Shown piece by piece: positions 33,048 to 44,789 of a DNA stretch of 64,000 bases. How positions within the stretch are numbered: the stretch's first letter is position 1; every line of letters begins with the position of its first letter. The stretch covers positions 806,001 to 870,000 of the forward strand of contig CAKKNE010000005.1 of the NCBI GenBank assembly GCA_918797485.1. The letters run 5' to 3'. A model generated the notes under the pieces. That model made no database searches. It was not told the DNA's origin and worked only from the letters and a program-made list of their open reading frames with translations. The DNA comes from Pelagomonas calceolata. Its lineage: Eukaryota. The position numbers were made by a program, and so were the translations under genes.

Positions 33048-34037
33048 ACGTCGGTGTCTAGCTTGTGCTTTGGGGGCGTTTCCTGCGTCGACGTATCCCC
33101 ACAAGGGCCTGCCCGGTGGCGGGAGAGGTCCGTTTTCAAGAGCCTTCCGCCTGGTGGCTTGATTGCACGCGCGACGTAAACACTCTAGCTATGTTTGCTG
33201 GGTTTGCTTGGCATCGAAGAACAAAGCGCTCAAGCGGCACGAATAGCGGTGTTAGCCACAAGCGCGAACCCGTGTCAACTCCAACACTACTATCTACACC
33301 TCTCTGAGCCCGCGAGAGCGCTCAAAAGCGCCCAGCGGGCGTTTTGCTTGGGATATCAAAGTGGAGCTCCCTATGACGCGCGGCGTCGTCTCCCAAAGGC
33401 CCTAAGCCTCAGGCGCGACCTGGTCACAACCCCGGCGGGCGGGCCACGCCGCTAGCCGCCCCAGCGCGCGCCCCCTGGCCACGTGCGGTGGCGGCGGCGC
33501 CCGCGCGAGCTACCAGTGACGCCCCGGCGGCGCCGCGCCACGCTTAGCCGCCCCGGCGCGCGCCTCCTGGCCGCGCGCGGCGGCGACGGCGCGCGGCGCG
33601 AACTACCACGCCCCGGTGTGCGGGTTAGCCGATTTACCGCCCCGGCGCGCGCCTCAGGACTGGCCGCGCGAAGCGGCGCGCGCGGCGACACACAAACTCG
33701 CGTGCCGCGCGCTTCCGAACCGCGCGAATAACAACACTCGACGGCGCAGGCACAAGCAACATGCACAAGTTCGCGGCCACCGTCCTGGGCGGCCATGAAC
33801 CGTGCGCCTGCGACGCGAGTCGCTTGCGGAGCCAGCGCGGGCGGTGCGCCGCGTGCGCGCCCGTTACGACATAATGTGTTTTAATCTTAGGTCCTAGCGG
33901 GTTCCCACTTTCTGGGGACGCCTGATACGCGTGCTCGATGGCGTCTCCACATATATAGGGTGGTTTGGTGCTATTGTTAAAGCCACTAGCCAGAGCGCCG
34001 ATTTCGCAGCGCAGAGGCTGCCCCACAGCAAGCAGCG

Positions 34038-34790
34038 ATGGACACGGCGCCCTGCAAGTGCTTCGCGGACCGCACCGTGCGCGCCTGCCTCGAAAGATGG
34101 GGGTTATATGATGAAATAAAAGCGGTGCGTGTCCGCTATGACAGGAAGGGCAAAGAAGAGGAACTCGTAAAGGGCATTCTGACAGACGAGGTGCGGACGG
34201 CGCTGGGCATGCCTGCGGTCGCAGAGGACGACGCAGCGGTACGCGTGGAGCGGTTGAAATGCGAGGCGACGTCGCTCGCCATCTTCGACCCGATCGCTGC
34301 ATCGCAGGACGTCATTCTAGGATCGGGCCGGGCGAAGCAGTGCCCCCAGGTTGTGATTGGTGGTGTCGAGTGCGACAACGCGTTGCGGACGTGGCTGGCG
34401 CGCAAAAAGTATGATAGGGACGTCGCCGCGGGCGCGCGGGATGGGGAGGAGGAGGACGACGAGGAGCGCCCCTCCGTAGCCTTGGAGGATGACAACGAGT
34501 TGCTCTACCGGTTGTTCGAGCTACTTTGTTTAGGAGGTCCGCTGGCCCAACCGGATCTGGAGCTGGCGCCCTACCTCGCGACGACCAAAGCTTTGTATAG
34601 AGATTGTGTCCAGGTCTACAAACGAAGCTCGGACGGCGCGACTTGCCTTGCGAACGAGGTCTACGAGGTGGCGGGGCCCCTCGTTTTTGGTTCTGGAGAG
34701 CAACGGCCCCTCGCGCGGTGCTTTGTTATTACAGAACCCAAACGGGCCAAGGCGCTCGTGCTGTTCTCACCGGCGCGGGGGATGTGGTAA
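34038..34790 (+). CDS. CFAP300: dynein-arm assembly factor CFAP300 (C11orf70)-like
   Basis: 'LERWGL', 'ELLYRLFELLCLGGPLAQ...PYLATTKALYRDCVQVYK'. Confidence 0.8.
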   Translation: MDTAPCKCFADRTVRACLERWGLYDEIKAVRVRYDRKGKEEELVKGILTDEVRTALGMPAVAEDDAAVRVERLKCEATSLAIFDPIAASQDVILGSGRAKQCPQVVIGGVECDNALRTWLARKKYDRDVAAGARDGEEEDDEERPSVALEDDNELLYRLFELLCLGGPLAQPDLELAPYLATTKALYRDCVQVYKRSSDGATCLANEVYEVAGPLVFGSGEQRPLARCFVITEPKRAKALVLFSPARGMW

Positions 34791-36359
34791 TAGGCTTCTT
34801 CGCTGCTCCCCACGCCATCGACGCGACGTCTGTATATGATACCAACGTTATTACTAGGCCGCGACTGCTGTCGGGGGCGCCGGCACCGGCGCCACCGGCA
34901 CGACGCCGCCGGGCCGCGGCGGCGGCGTCGCCAGGGCCACCTCGAGCGACGTGAGCGCGTAGCCCTCCACGCCCAGGAGGAGACTCCGGTCGCGGCAGAA
35001 CGCGTGGACGAACGCCGCCTCGGCGTGGGGCGTCGCGATTTGGGCCGCGGCCAACGTTTCGGATCGCCGCGAGCGTCCCCGACTCGAGACGGGCCGCAGG
35101 CGTGCGATGGTTGCGAACAGAGCTCTCCGTTGCATGGAATCAGGCGTAGCAAATCGTCGACGTCGACGAGACGTCGATCCCCCGCCTACCCTTTTTAGTG
35201 CAGTTTGCTTTGGACCACTCCTTAAAACGAGGAGGCCAGCTCCATAGCCATTCACTTAGTTGCGACATAAAAGCGTTCATCGATACTCATGGCGCCGTCA
35301 TTCACTCGGAAGAACATCTCCGTCGCCAGCGCCGCGATCGTGCCCCGGGCGCGGCGTTGGTCAACTGTGTACCAAGGTACTTATCATGGGGAGGGGATGG
35401 GGTCACGTCCAGGGCGACGCCGAGCACGCGCTTAGAGCGACCCGGCGTTGGCCTTGTCGTGGCCGCCGAGCTTCACGAGGCGCGCGTTGCGGATCTAGGC
35501 AAATTGACACTGATTAGGGCCTGAAAATGGACAGCCGGAGCGATTCAGCGCAGACGAGTCTAGTACGATACAGGCTGGAAATGGGTAGAAAGAGGGCCTT
35601 AAACAACTCCGAAAGTGTCGCACGACTCTCGGGATTTCTGGGCAGCATTCCCGCGCGCGCGCGGACAGCTTTGCCGGCGGGTCTAGAGCGATCCGGTGTA
35701 AGGAAAGCAAGCACGTCTGAGAGCGAAAAAACTCTCTGAGACCGCGTGATTCACGCGCGGGGCCATCAGTACGGGTTTCTCGCGTTTTGCCAAACGCCGA
35801 GTCGGCCAACTCATTCATAGACCATGGTGGCGATTTATTTAGTGTCGCTGCTGTTGCAGCAATCGCTGTGCACTGCACTATTGCAGCTGCAAAAAACGCG
35901 AGCGCCCACGGCTACGCGCAGCGCATATACGCACGTAACTCAACTAGCTTCCGCGTGCGCCGCATGGCGGGCAGCACATGTCCGAGCATTATATTCTCAT
36001 AGTCGTCTGGATAAAAATCGACGACGAGTGGATCCTAATCTTTTACTGGATCTGTCTCACTCATTGGCATATTTTTGTCAAGGACGCCGCGGCAATCGGC
36101 CTCAATTTTTTGCCAGTTTCGGTGTGCACCGTCGGCGAGCGCCACCTCTATCCCTTGATCGACAAGGTCACTGGTGTGCGCGTGCCCGACGTCATCCACA
36201 GTGAAGCTGCTGGTGGCGACGCGGCGCCCGCGGTCGTCTGCGGCGGCTTTTGTGACTGGGACCCGTCGGATTTGCTCGAAGCTCGCCGAAACTTTAAGAA
36301 GATAATGTGGAAGCCATGCGCCATGGGCTCCTTATTACTCATGGTGGTCATTTCCACAT

Positions 36360-39188
36360 ATGAGCAAAATTGTTAGCTATCAGCGTCTAGAATTACCTCT
36401 CTTTCACCACTACACCATCGAGACGAGAGGTGCCACCGCTGCCGACGGACTGGATCGTCGCGTTGTCGTCGTGGCGTCTGCCGAGGCCTCGACGAGTGCT
36501 GGACGCCCTCGAAGAGCGCGACGCCATCGACGCGACTTACTACCTTAATTCACTCGTTTTCCGCGCAGATCTGCGGCCTCTCGCGGGTGGCGCGACGCAG
36601 TTCGCCGCGAGCTCTGCGAAGGCGTCGTGTTACGTGGAGCTGGCCCCAGGCTACGACCGGAACGTCGAGAAAGGCGAGAACGACGGTAATGTTCGCCGCG
36701 ATCTCGCCGACGTTCTGCAACCTCTGCCTCCTGTGCTGGGCCCGTGCGAGCGCATCCAACGCGCTATAGATCATCAGGCAGGTCTCCACACGCCGGGCGA
36801 CTCCGTCGAGGCGAAGGTCGTCACCACTGGTCGCGAAATCAAGTGGAACCGCGACCCCTCGATCGAGCGTGCGGACGAAGTCAACGCGCTTGTCGCGACG
36901 CGCCTGTCGCGGCTCGCCTCCGAGAAGCCCCGAACCATTATTTTGGCGGCTCCGGTGCTCAAATATGCGGCCGATACTCATCTCCTACTCGCTCTCGGCG
37001 GCAAGACGAAGTATGACGACTTCGCCATTGTCGACGAGAAGCCCAAATGGGGCAAGCTCGGCCCTGGTGGTGTCCATCAGGTCGCCGTGAGGACCCGGTC
37101 CGTGACTCAGCGTGATTTCCGAACGTTTCCGAACTTCCAAGTCGCGTCGACGCCGTCTTCATGATCACGAGAGAGTCCACGCGTCTCGTGAATGAATTGC
37201 GTCAGTGCCTCGACGGCGTCGTTCAACACAGGTCGGGCCCGGACTCTGCCCCTACCTATACTTACACGCTCCACATGTACCAGAAAAATAAGCAATGGAG
37301 TCCATCTACGACGCCCAACAAAGCACTCTCAATCACTTTTGATTTACTGGTGAAATTGCTCGAATGCGGCCATTTACCGGAAGGCGAGCCGCCGCGTCCT
37401 ACTAAGCAAGACGTCTTGGGGAACTCTAGAGGTACGCCGAAGGCGCCTCGATGGCGCGTCGAAACGTGGCCATCTCACAATGAAGTGGGTGGTTTCTTTT
37501 TTCGATTTTACGGCTCCGTGACGCTCTCGACCTAACACACAGGTACTATTGTAGAAGTCGCCTCTCCCGAGGAAATAGGACCTGCGGTCCTGAAAGTCGT
37601 CAAGGCGTCCAACGCAGTGCGCGAACGCTACGGGTTCCGGGAGCTGACGCCCACGACGCTCGCGCACGAGTACTCGCTCTGCCGCAGCGACAAGCGCGAC
37701 AAGTCTTCTCTTGCAGTTTTGCATCTTCTGCAATTACCAGAATTAACTGAATTAGTTCCACTGGGCTATGGTCAGTCTGAATTGAAACACCCCATCTCGT
37801 TTGAAGTTGACGATATTTATGTGCCGGCGTCGGTGGTACACGTCACGTACCTTATGGCACCTAAATCACACTGCGCTGTCACATGCTTCATCGATTCAAC
37901 GGTGGTGGAACCGCCCCTTTTCGAACATTCTGCCGGTCTTATTGCCCGCATCAAGCTACATGAGGACTCGAAGCCGTTTCATTCCAAAACCATGGGCGGG
38001 GGCAAGCCCTTTAGTATTACAATCAAGGAAGAGGGCAAGGCTGATGTTGTTCTACAAGCCACAGGACTGACTGATGGTGTTAGGTTATTGGGAGAGAAGG
38101 GCATTACTGTACATGAAAAGCGCATCCGCAATCGTTTGTCTGGGGCAACTAAGTCAGACCTTGTCAAAGATGGCAAAACTTGTCAATTTGCCTATACCAA
38201 AGTTACTCTTCCGAAAAAGGAAGAGCTAGAACAGGACATGTATTTAGTGCTACCTTTCAATAATGAGAAAATTTTGGAGGCGTTGGGTAAAGGTTTTGGA
38301 CTTGCTTGTGCGTTTAGATATGCTTTCTTGGATCTCAAAGCCTTCCGTGCGGACCCGCTGAGATTCTTCCGCGACATGGGTGACGACGGTATTTTGAGTG
38401 ACGAAGAGAAGTTGATCGTGGCCCGTGGCATCGTTACAAAGAAAGAGTTGAAGGACAAGCTGCTCCCGTACCTCACGGGCTACAAGACGCGCATAGACGC
38501 GCAGTGCGACGAGTTCCTGCCGTCGGAGAACTTCATCAACGCCCACGTCGCGTCGACGCGATTTCATGAAGATGCGGCCGCGCTCTTAAATAAGGTCGAG
38601 GCCGAGATGAAGTGGTTGTATGATGCGGTCGACGCATACGACGACGCCTACGCGGCGGCGCAGGCCGTCGCTGCGGCGCAGCGCGCGGCCGCCAAGGCTG
38701 CCAAGGCGTCGCCGAAGAAGTCGGGCCGCAAGCGCAAGGCTACTGTTCCCAAAAAGACCTTCGTTAATAGTGATGATGCGTCCGACGACGAGGTTATGCC
38801 CGTGGCCCGGCCGCTACCTGATGACAATGGTCCTCAATCCTTCGAGCAGTTCGACCGCGTGGAAGCTTTATACCGCCCGGAAAACAAGTGGTATCCGGCG
38901 ACGGTTTGTTCCCAGAACGACGACGGGACCTATAATGTCGAATACGACGACGGCTATTTTGAGGACCTTCCCGTGAATCTGCTGCGTGTAAAGCGCCGCA
39001 AGGTCGCCGCGCCGCCGACCGCGACCGCTTATCAAATCGGCGACCGCGTCAAGGCGAGATACATGGGTGGCAACTGGTTCCCGGGCAAGGTCAAAACGTG
39101 CCACAAGGAGGGCACGTACGCTATCAAGTTCGACGACGGCGACGTGGATGACCTAGTCCTCCCTTGTGACATCCGCCGCGCGCCGTGA
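36360..39188 (+). CDS. multi-exon protein with C-terminal tandem Tudor domains (exons 36360-36429, 36569-37097, 37232-37431, 37543-39188)
   Basis: Three GT-AG introns with compatible phases join four ORFs. Tudor-like 'DRVEALY..KWYPATV...GTYNVEYDDG' and 'GDRVKARY..NWFPGKV...GTYAIKFDDGD'. The 5' exons are inferred. Confidence 0.65.
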
Positions 39189-39484
39189 CCAATTGGAGCG
39201 CTACCAGACATGTTGGATTACCAGTGTACTGGGCACGCCTTACAATGACTACAGCGACCGCCACATTTGACTGAGCCCCATAGTTGGCGGTAGTACGAGT
39301 AAGAATATATATCACCATCGTCACGGCGGAGGCGGCGATCCCCTACTCGCGCCACCCCTACATCACAGGCTCAGGCTAGTTACGTCGCAGGGTTCCCCGT
39401 ACCCCTCCCGCTCCCCCCGGGCCCACCCGTCCGGCTGGACTAGGACGCAAGGGCTGAGTCGCACGGACTCGCACGCCCAACTTG

Positions 39485-39505
39485 CTAGTGTCTTACAGCC
39501 GCTAG
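39485..39505 (+). promoter_or_regulatory. CTAG-bounded intergenic motif copy
   Basis: ctagtgtcttacagccgctag, about 105 bp upstream of ATG 39612. Confidence 0.55.
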
Positions 39506-39611
39506 CTCCGGCCCGCCCACTTTGCCACATTGATGCTCCAAACGGCAGCACACGCCTCACATTGATGACTTTTTACTGATGCAGCATCGGTATTGATCAG
39601 GAATCGCAGCC

Positions 39612-40259
39612 ATGCTACTCGCCCTGCCTCTCCTGTTGGCAGCTGGCAGCCGCCACAGATCGACCATAGTTCGCCACGCCGTCGCCGGCGCGAACGACGC
39701 CGCGACCGACACCTGGCACCGCGACGCCGTCGCCGCGACGGCCGCCTGGGCGCTCTGGATCGCCGCGGTCAATCTGTGTCCGTTTGCGCGGAAATCCCTC
39801 GAGACGTCGGACGCGATTTCGTACGTCGTGACGGAAGCGGATAATCAGAAGGCCTTCTACGCCGCCGCCGTCGCCTGCGCGCGCGACCTGGCCGCGGCAT
39901 CGGACGTGGACCCGACGGCGGCGATCGTGTTTCTGGTGGCGCCGTTTTACGAGCCCGACGATTTCCCGGCGTTCCTGCGCTCCGTCGAGGCCCTCGAGGA
40001 CGACGTGATGCCCGAGGCAAGCGATGACGCCATCCAGATCGCGGGCTTCCACCCGGCCTGGGCCTTCGGCGGCGTCCCGGACGACGACCCCCTCCACTTC
40101 GAGAAGCGCGCGCCCCACCCGACGGTGTCTCTGGTATTGGTCGACGGCCTCGAACACGCCAACTCGGCGAAGATCGCGGCGGACAACGAGCGGACCCTTT
40201 CGCAGCTGGGCGTCGACGCGGTGGCGCGCGCGTTCGCCGGGTTCGTCTCCTCAGATTAA
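39612..40259 (+). CDS. DUF1415-domain protein
   Basis: 'NLCPFAR', 'IQIAGFHPAWAFGG...D......RAPHP'. Confidence 0.8.
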   Translation: MLLALPLLLAAGSRHRSTIVRHAVAGANDAATDTWHRDAVAATAAWALWIAAVNLCPFARKSLETSDAISYVVTEADNQKAFYAAAVACARDLAAASDVDPTAAIVFLVAPFYEPDDFPAFLRSVEALEDDVMPEASDDAIQIAGFHPAWAFGGVPDDDPLHFEKRAPHPTVSLVLVDGLEHANSAKIAADNERTLSQLGVDAVARAFAGFVSSD

Positions 40260-40448
40260 TATGTGTTTTTATTTGTACTATTCGTACCTCTAAATTGGCC
40301 TCGAACCCGGCGCGCGGGGGCGCGCTGGATCTGATCTCATCTCTGCCATTTTGCTCTGCTCTCCGGCGCGGGGAGGCGGCCGAACCGCATACGGAAGCAA
40401 TCGTCGTGTGTGGGGCTGCCCCAGTACTATTGCCCAGAGCACTAAGCC

Positions 40449-40910
40449 ATGGCCTCGGGCCGCTGCTCCGGGGGCGGCGGCTCGTTTTACAGTGAGCTCA
40501 TGGGCTGCCTCGGCGGCGGCGGCGACGACGAGGCGGCAGAGAACGCGCCGGCCGAGGTGGTGCGCGAGGTCGCGCTGGAGCCGGTGTCGCCGTCGCGCGC
40601 GGGCGAGACCTACGAGCAGCACCTCGCCCGCGCCCGGAGCCCGCGGCGGCCGCCGCCGTGCGACGCGGCCGGCGACGACGACTCGGGCGACGAGATACTC
40701 CGGGCCGCGGCGGCCCGCTGGCCGCTGCCGCCCTCCGACCCGCGACCGGCCGCGCGCGAGGCCGAGGCCCGGGCGACGTCCGGGGACGCGAGCCGCCCAC
40801 CACCGCCGACGGCCACCGTCTGCAAGCCCTGCGCGGCCGCGCCCGACGGCGAGGACCCGCGGCAACGGCCATCGCACCACGCGACGGGCGGCCGCGCGTA
40901 CGAGATATGA
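40449..40910 (+). CDS. hypothetical low-complexity protein
   Basis: ORF with plausible codon use only. Confidence 0.3.
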   Translation: MASGRCSGGGGSFYSELMGCLGGGGDDEAAENAPAEVVREVALEPVSPSRAGETYEQHLARARSPRRPPPCDAAGDDDSGDEILRAAAARWPLPPSDPRPAAREAEARATSGDASRPPPPTATVCKPCAAAPDGEDPRQRPSHHATGGRAYEI

Positions 40911-41043
40911 ACCCTTTTCGCGATGACTCCCGCCGGCCGGGAGCTGGTGGCGTATCTCGACAACGACGCCCATCGCCGCGACCCCATTGTTGGAACCCTG
41001 TAATGTCACGTTTCGAACAGAGCTTATGGACTAGGCATAGCGC

Positions 41044-41736
41044 CTACTTCTTGCGCGCGAGGCGCGCGTTGAGGCGCGCCTCCATGGCGGCCCGCGCGTC
41101 CTGCTTCGCGTCGTGCGCCTTCTTGTTGGTGGATTTCGGCGCCTTGGCCGGCGACGGCGCCGCTTTTACAGGAGAGGCCCGCGCCGGCGACGGCGCGGCG
41201 TACTTCTGCTCGAGCCGCGCGAAGAGCGCATCCTCGCGCCCGAGGTACTTGGCGAGGATCGCGTCCACATCATTGATTTTCTCGGGCGCGTTTTTCTCGT
41301 AAAACGCAACGAGGCGGCGGCGGTGCGCCGCGTGGTGCGGCGAGCGGACCGCGCCCGCAGCTCCCAAGCGCTCGGGATGGCCCTTGCGGCGGCCCAGAGC
41401 TGGCAGTAAAGCGAGCAGGGCCACGACCGCTAGTCTTACATGCTCGGGCGCCACCCCTTCAATCAGTTCGACGTTCTCCAAGCTCGTCCAGGCCGCGGCC
41501 ACCGTGCCGAGGAGCACGACGCGGTTGAAGCCGCGCTGTCTCATGCAAACGAGGAGGCCGGCCACCCAGGGCGCCGCTTGCGTCGGGTCCGCTTTGATGG
41601 CTTCGAGCGTCGGGCGCGCCAGTTCCAGCGCGAAGGCGGCGCTCTCCTTGGCCATGGCGGCGAGGTCGTCTAGGGCGCCGCCTTCTACGGGTGTCTCGTC
41701 GACGATGGGCTCCGCGGGCGGGGCCTCGTCTCCCAT
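41044..41736 (-). CDS. membrane protein with small protist helical domain
   Basis: TM segments; 'RLVAFYEKNAPEKINDVDAILAKYLGREDALFARLEQKY'. Confidence 0.65.
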   Translation of the reverse strand: MGDEAPPAEPIVDETPVEGGALDDLAAMAKESAAFALELARPTLEAIKADPTQAAPWVAGLLVCMRQRGFNRVVLLGTVAAAWTSLENVELIEGVAPEHVRLAVVALLALLPALGRRKGHPERLGAAGAVRSPHHAAHRRRLVAFYEKNAPEKINDVDAILAKYLGREDALFARLEQKYAAPSPARASPVKAAPSPAKAPKSTNKKAHDAKQDARAAMEARLNARLARKK

Positions 41737-42002
41737 CTTAGTTTAAACGTTGAGCGCTGATGAATGCAATCGACAGCGAGGAGGGCGTCAGTACGATCAA
41801 AAGCAAAGGCAGCGCGTCCACCGTGCTCAAGCGCGCTGGTCGGCCGCGCGGCGCAGGTAAATCCTAGCATGTGTGTTGCGCTAGCTCCAAAAGCTGGTTC
41901 AGCCAAAAGTAGACGAGCTCTGAGCTGACGCACCCGCACGAGTGGACTGCGACGGTGTGCTGCGCCGTTATATCACCAGCAGCGACTCATCAAAACCCAC
42001 AA

Positions 42003-42524
42003 ATGGGAGATGCAGCCCTCCTGCACGACAGCACCCTCGCCTGCCTCGGAGACGCGGAGCTGCGAAGCGTTGCGCTGGTTAGTAAAGAGGGGAGGAAACA
42101 CTCGATTGCATTCATGTCTGTCGCAACGTACAAATGCGTGGGCGTAACGGGGGAAGCAACGCTGGCACCACTACAGCTCGTCGACCGCGAAGACGACGCG
42201 CGGCGCGGGGCCTGCCGGTGCGCGCCGTCGCTGTCCGTTGAACAGCTGCGTAGCCGCATCGCTCGCGCTGTCGGCCGCGACGCGTCCGGAATCAATCTAA
42301 GAATACTGGCTCCACGCGAACGAACGCTCGAGAAGCTGCGCGACGGCACGCGGCTCGGCGACTACCTCCCAACGGCGGTGCTTCCGTCCCGGCTAATGCT
42401 GTCCGTCATCGTGACGGAAAGGATCGTGGTGGCGGATTTTGACTACGACAGTGATGAGACAGACATTTCGCGCTTCGATCCCGATGTTTATGCGGACGCG
42501 CAGGCGCCCTGGAGGAACCACTAG
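42003..42524 (+). CDS. small protein with ubiquitin-like domain
   Basis: 'SVEQLRSRIA...G......NLRI......LRDGTRLGDY'. Confidence 0.5.
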   Translation: MGDAALLHDSTLACLGDAELRSVALVSKEGRKHSIAFMSVATYKCVGVTGEATLAPLQLVDREDDARRGACRCAPSLSVEQLRSRIARAVGRDASGINLRILAPRERTLEKLRDGTRLGDYLPTAVLPSRLMLSVIVTERIVVADFDYDSDETDISRFDPDVYADAQAPWRNH

Positions 42525-42581
42525 CCTTTTTGTTGTAAAGAACTTGCTTGTGTAATTATGCTGCAGCTGAGCATCGACGGG

Positions 42582-42602
42582 CTAGTGTGTTACAGAGGCT
42601 AG
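42582..42602 (+). promoter_or_regulatory. CTAG-bounded intergenic motif copy
   Basis: ctagtgtgttacagaggctag; lies between two 3' ends. Confidence 0.45.
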
Positions 42603-42744
42603 CCCACCGGTCCGCGCACACCACGCTATTAGCCCTTTGGACGACCCGGCGACGGCAGAAATATAGAGACTATCGTCGCAGACAGTGTGACTAGCAGCAA
42701 CGGCCGCCACGCGCTAGCACCGGTTTTTAGATCATTGGAAAACT

Positions 42745-43134
42745 CTAGCAGCACGAGGGCTTGCGCAGCTCTTCTCGGGCGACATGGCCCGAGGTGAAGA
42801 TTGACACCATCGGTACGTCATCATTTAGCTTCGCGTATTCGAGCGACGTCGCGAGGTTCGCGACGCCGAGTCGCTGGAGAAATGCCAGCTCGTCGTCGTT
42901 GGGATGGGGCGCGTTGCTGCCGATTATTACTAGCTTGCCCGCGAGCTGCAACGCCTCGATGGCTTTTGCTGCATATAGTTTCGCGTTGACGTTGTCGTGC
43001 AGCACTCCTCGATCAAAGAGGAACGCGTCGTACCGCAGGAACGGATGGCCGACGGACGCGGACGTTTTGGTGAATTGTGCTGCCGACGCGTGGCTCGCTA
43101 GGAAGATCAGCGCTGCGGCTTGGAATGTGCTCAT
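42745..43134 (-). pseudogene. truncated HAD class IIA hydrolase (N-terminal part only)
   Basis: 'YDAFLFDRGVLHD...AIEAL..AGK.VII.SN...LQRLG...IFTSG'. Motif I is shortened and the ORF stops before the cap and C-terminal motifs. Confidence 0.55.
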
Positions 43135-43783
43135 TGTCGACGAATTGTGCGAAGATGTTGGATGCGGTGGTCAAAATCTATGATGTGTCAAGGCTGGCAG
43201 AGCTGTGGCAGAGGCTGTGGTGCAAAATCTTAAGCTCTGTTGCCTATATTTCGACGCAACGGCTGAGTACGCTTGCTCTCCCGTTGCGGTGCAAGCAGTT
43301 GGCCGCGCGGTGACGGATTCGCATCAGGCACCCAGGCGCGCGTGCTGAGACCTACCGTGCGGGTTTAAACGCTTCTGACGCTTCTGCGGTCATTGGGTCT
43401 GCAGTTTCTTGCTATCACGTCGTGCCTTTCGCAGGCACAGATCGAAACGCGGCCACAATCTTGATAGCAGTGACGAGGAGCTCGTGCCTTTAGCACCAGA
43501 CGCGACGTCGCAACACAACTCAAAACCGCACCCGGCAGCGCCTAAACGGACCTCTTTAACATCTTCATCAATCGCATGCGCAAATAGTTTACTCGCGAGC
43601 ATGAAAATTGCATCAATGGCGAGCTGGCACCCAAGCACCGCTGCAAATCGCGTCGTGGCGAGCGCAAACGGCTTGCTTGAGGCAAGCATACTGTTACGCG
43701 TCGTCGTCGCGCTCGCTCCCACAATTTGAAAACAAGCAAATGCATTGATCACTCACCGCGCGTCCGCGACCGCAGGTCGTAGT

Positions 43784-44739
43784 ATGAAGCTGAAGCTCGC
43801 CTTGCTCGCGGGCGCCGCGGCGCCGGCGGCCGCGCTCTACGGCGCGCCGCGCCCGGTGCAGATCATCCCGTCCGTGCTGCCGGCGGACTTCGCCGCGCTC
43901 GGTTTGGATTGTACGGCCCTGGAAAAAGCAGGGTGCGACCGGATTCAATTTGACGTCATGGACGGCAACTTCGTGCCCAACCTGACCTTCGGCCCGGACG
44001 TCATCGCGGCGCAGCGCAAGACCACCAAGCTCATGTTCGAGACGCAGCTCATGGTCTCGGAGCGGTGCACGGACGCGATGCTGCCCCAGTTCACGGAGGC
44101 GACGAAGGGTCCCAACGGCGAGCCGGGTGTGGTGATCGTCCACGTCGAGGCGTGCACGCACATCCACCGCAGCTTGTCGAACATCCGGGCCATGGGCGGC
44201 TCGCCGTCCGTGGCGCTGAACCCGTCGACGCCCGCCGAGGCCGTCGAGAACGTCCTTGACTTGGTCGACCACGTGCTCGTCATGACCGTGAACCCCGGCT
44301 TCGGCGGCCAAGCCTACATCCCGACGATGACGGACAAGATCGAGAAGATCCGCAAATGGATCGTCGACCGCGGCTTGGACGTGGACATCGAGGTCGACGG
44401 CTGTGTGAAAATCAAAAGTTCACGGCGCCTTCGTGCTGAATCGTCGCGTCGACCTCCACGCCATCGACGCGACGCTTGCTCGATGGCGTGGCGATATCGG
44501 TTCCTCACCGCTGCTCGACCGAGCCAGGACGGCCGCGTCATCGCCGATAGCACCCGACGCACTGGTTGATTTCCACACAGGTCGACGGCGGCATCAAGGC
44601 CACGCCGGAGACGATCGGCGCGTGCGCGGCCGCCGGCGCGAACTGCTTCATCGCGGGCTCGGGCCTCTTCGCCTACGACGACATGTCCCAGGGCGTCAAG
44701 GAGCTCAAGGCCATCGCCGAGGAGTACCAGAAGAAGTGA
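43784..44739 (+). CDS. RPE: ribulose-phosphate 3-epimerase, plastid-targeted (2 exons; intron 44393-44580)
   Basis: 'IIPSVLPADF', 'DVMDGNFVPNLTFG', 'LNPSTP', 'VLVMTVNPGFGGQ'. Splicing restores 'IE|VDGGIK...AGANCFIAGSGLF'. Confidence 0.95.
44401..44580. mobile_element. introner-type MITE, 180 bp, 8-bp TSD GTCGACGG
   Basis: gtcgacgg|ctgtgtgaaaatcaa...ttgatttccacacag|gtcgacgg; interior is the reverse complement of the 27978 copy apart from one indel and scattered substitutions. Confidence 0.95.
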
Positions 44740-44789
44740 GTAGCGGGTAAGGACGTGTCTTATCGAAATTCACAGATACTTATATCACA

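Noticed and set aside
33450..33720. Very GC-rich tract with repeated GCCCCGGCGCGCGCC-like words as a structured ncRNA
   Set aside because: I could not establish a consistent repeat unit or fold; it is compatible with low-complexity GC sequence.
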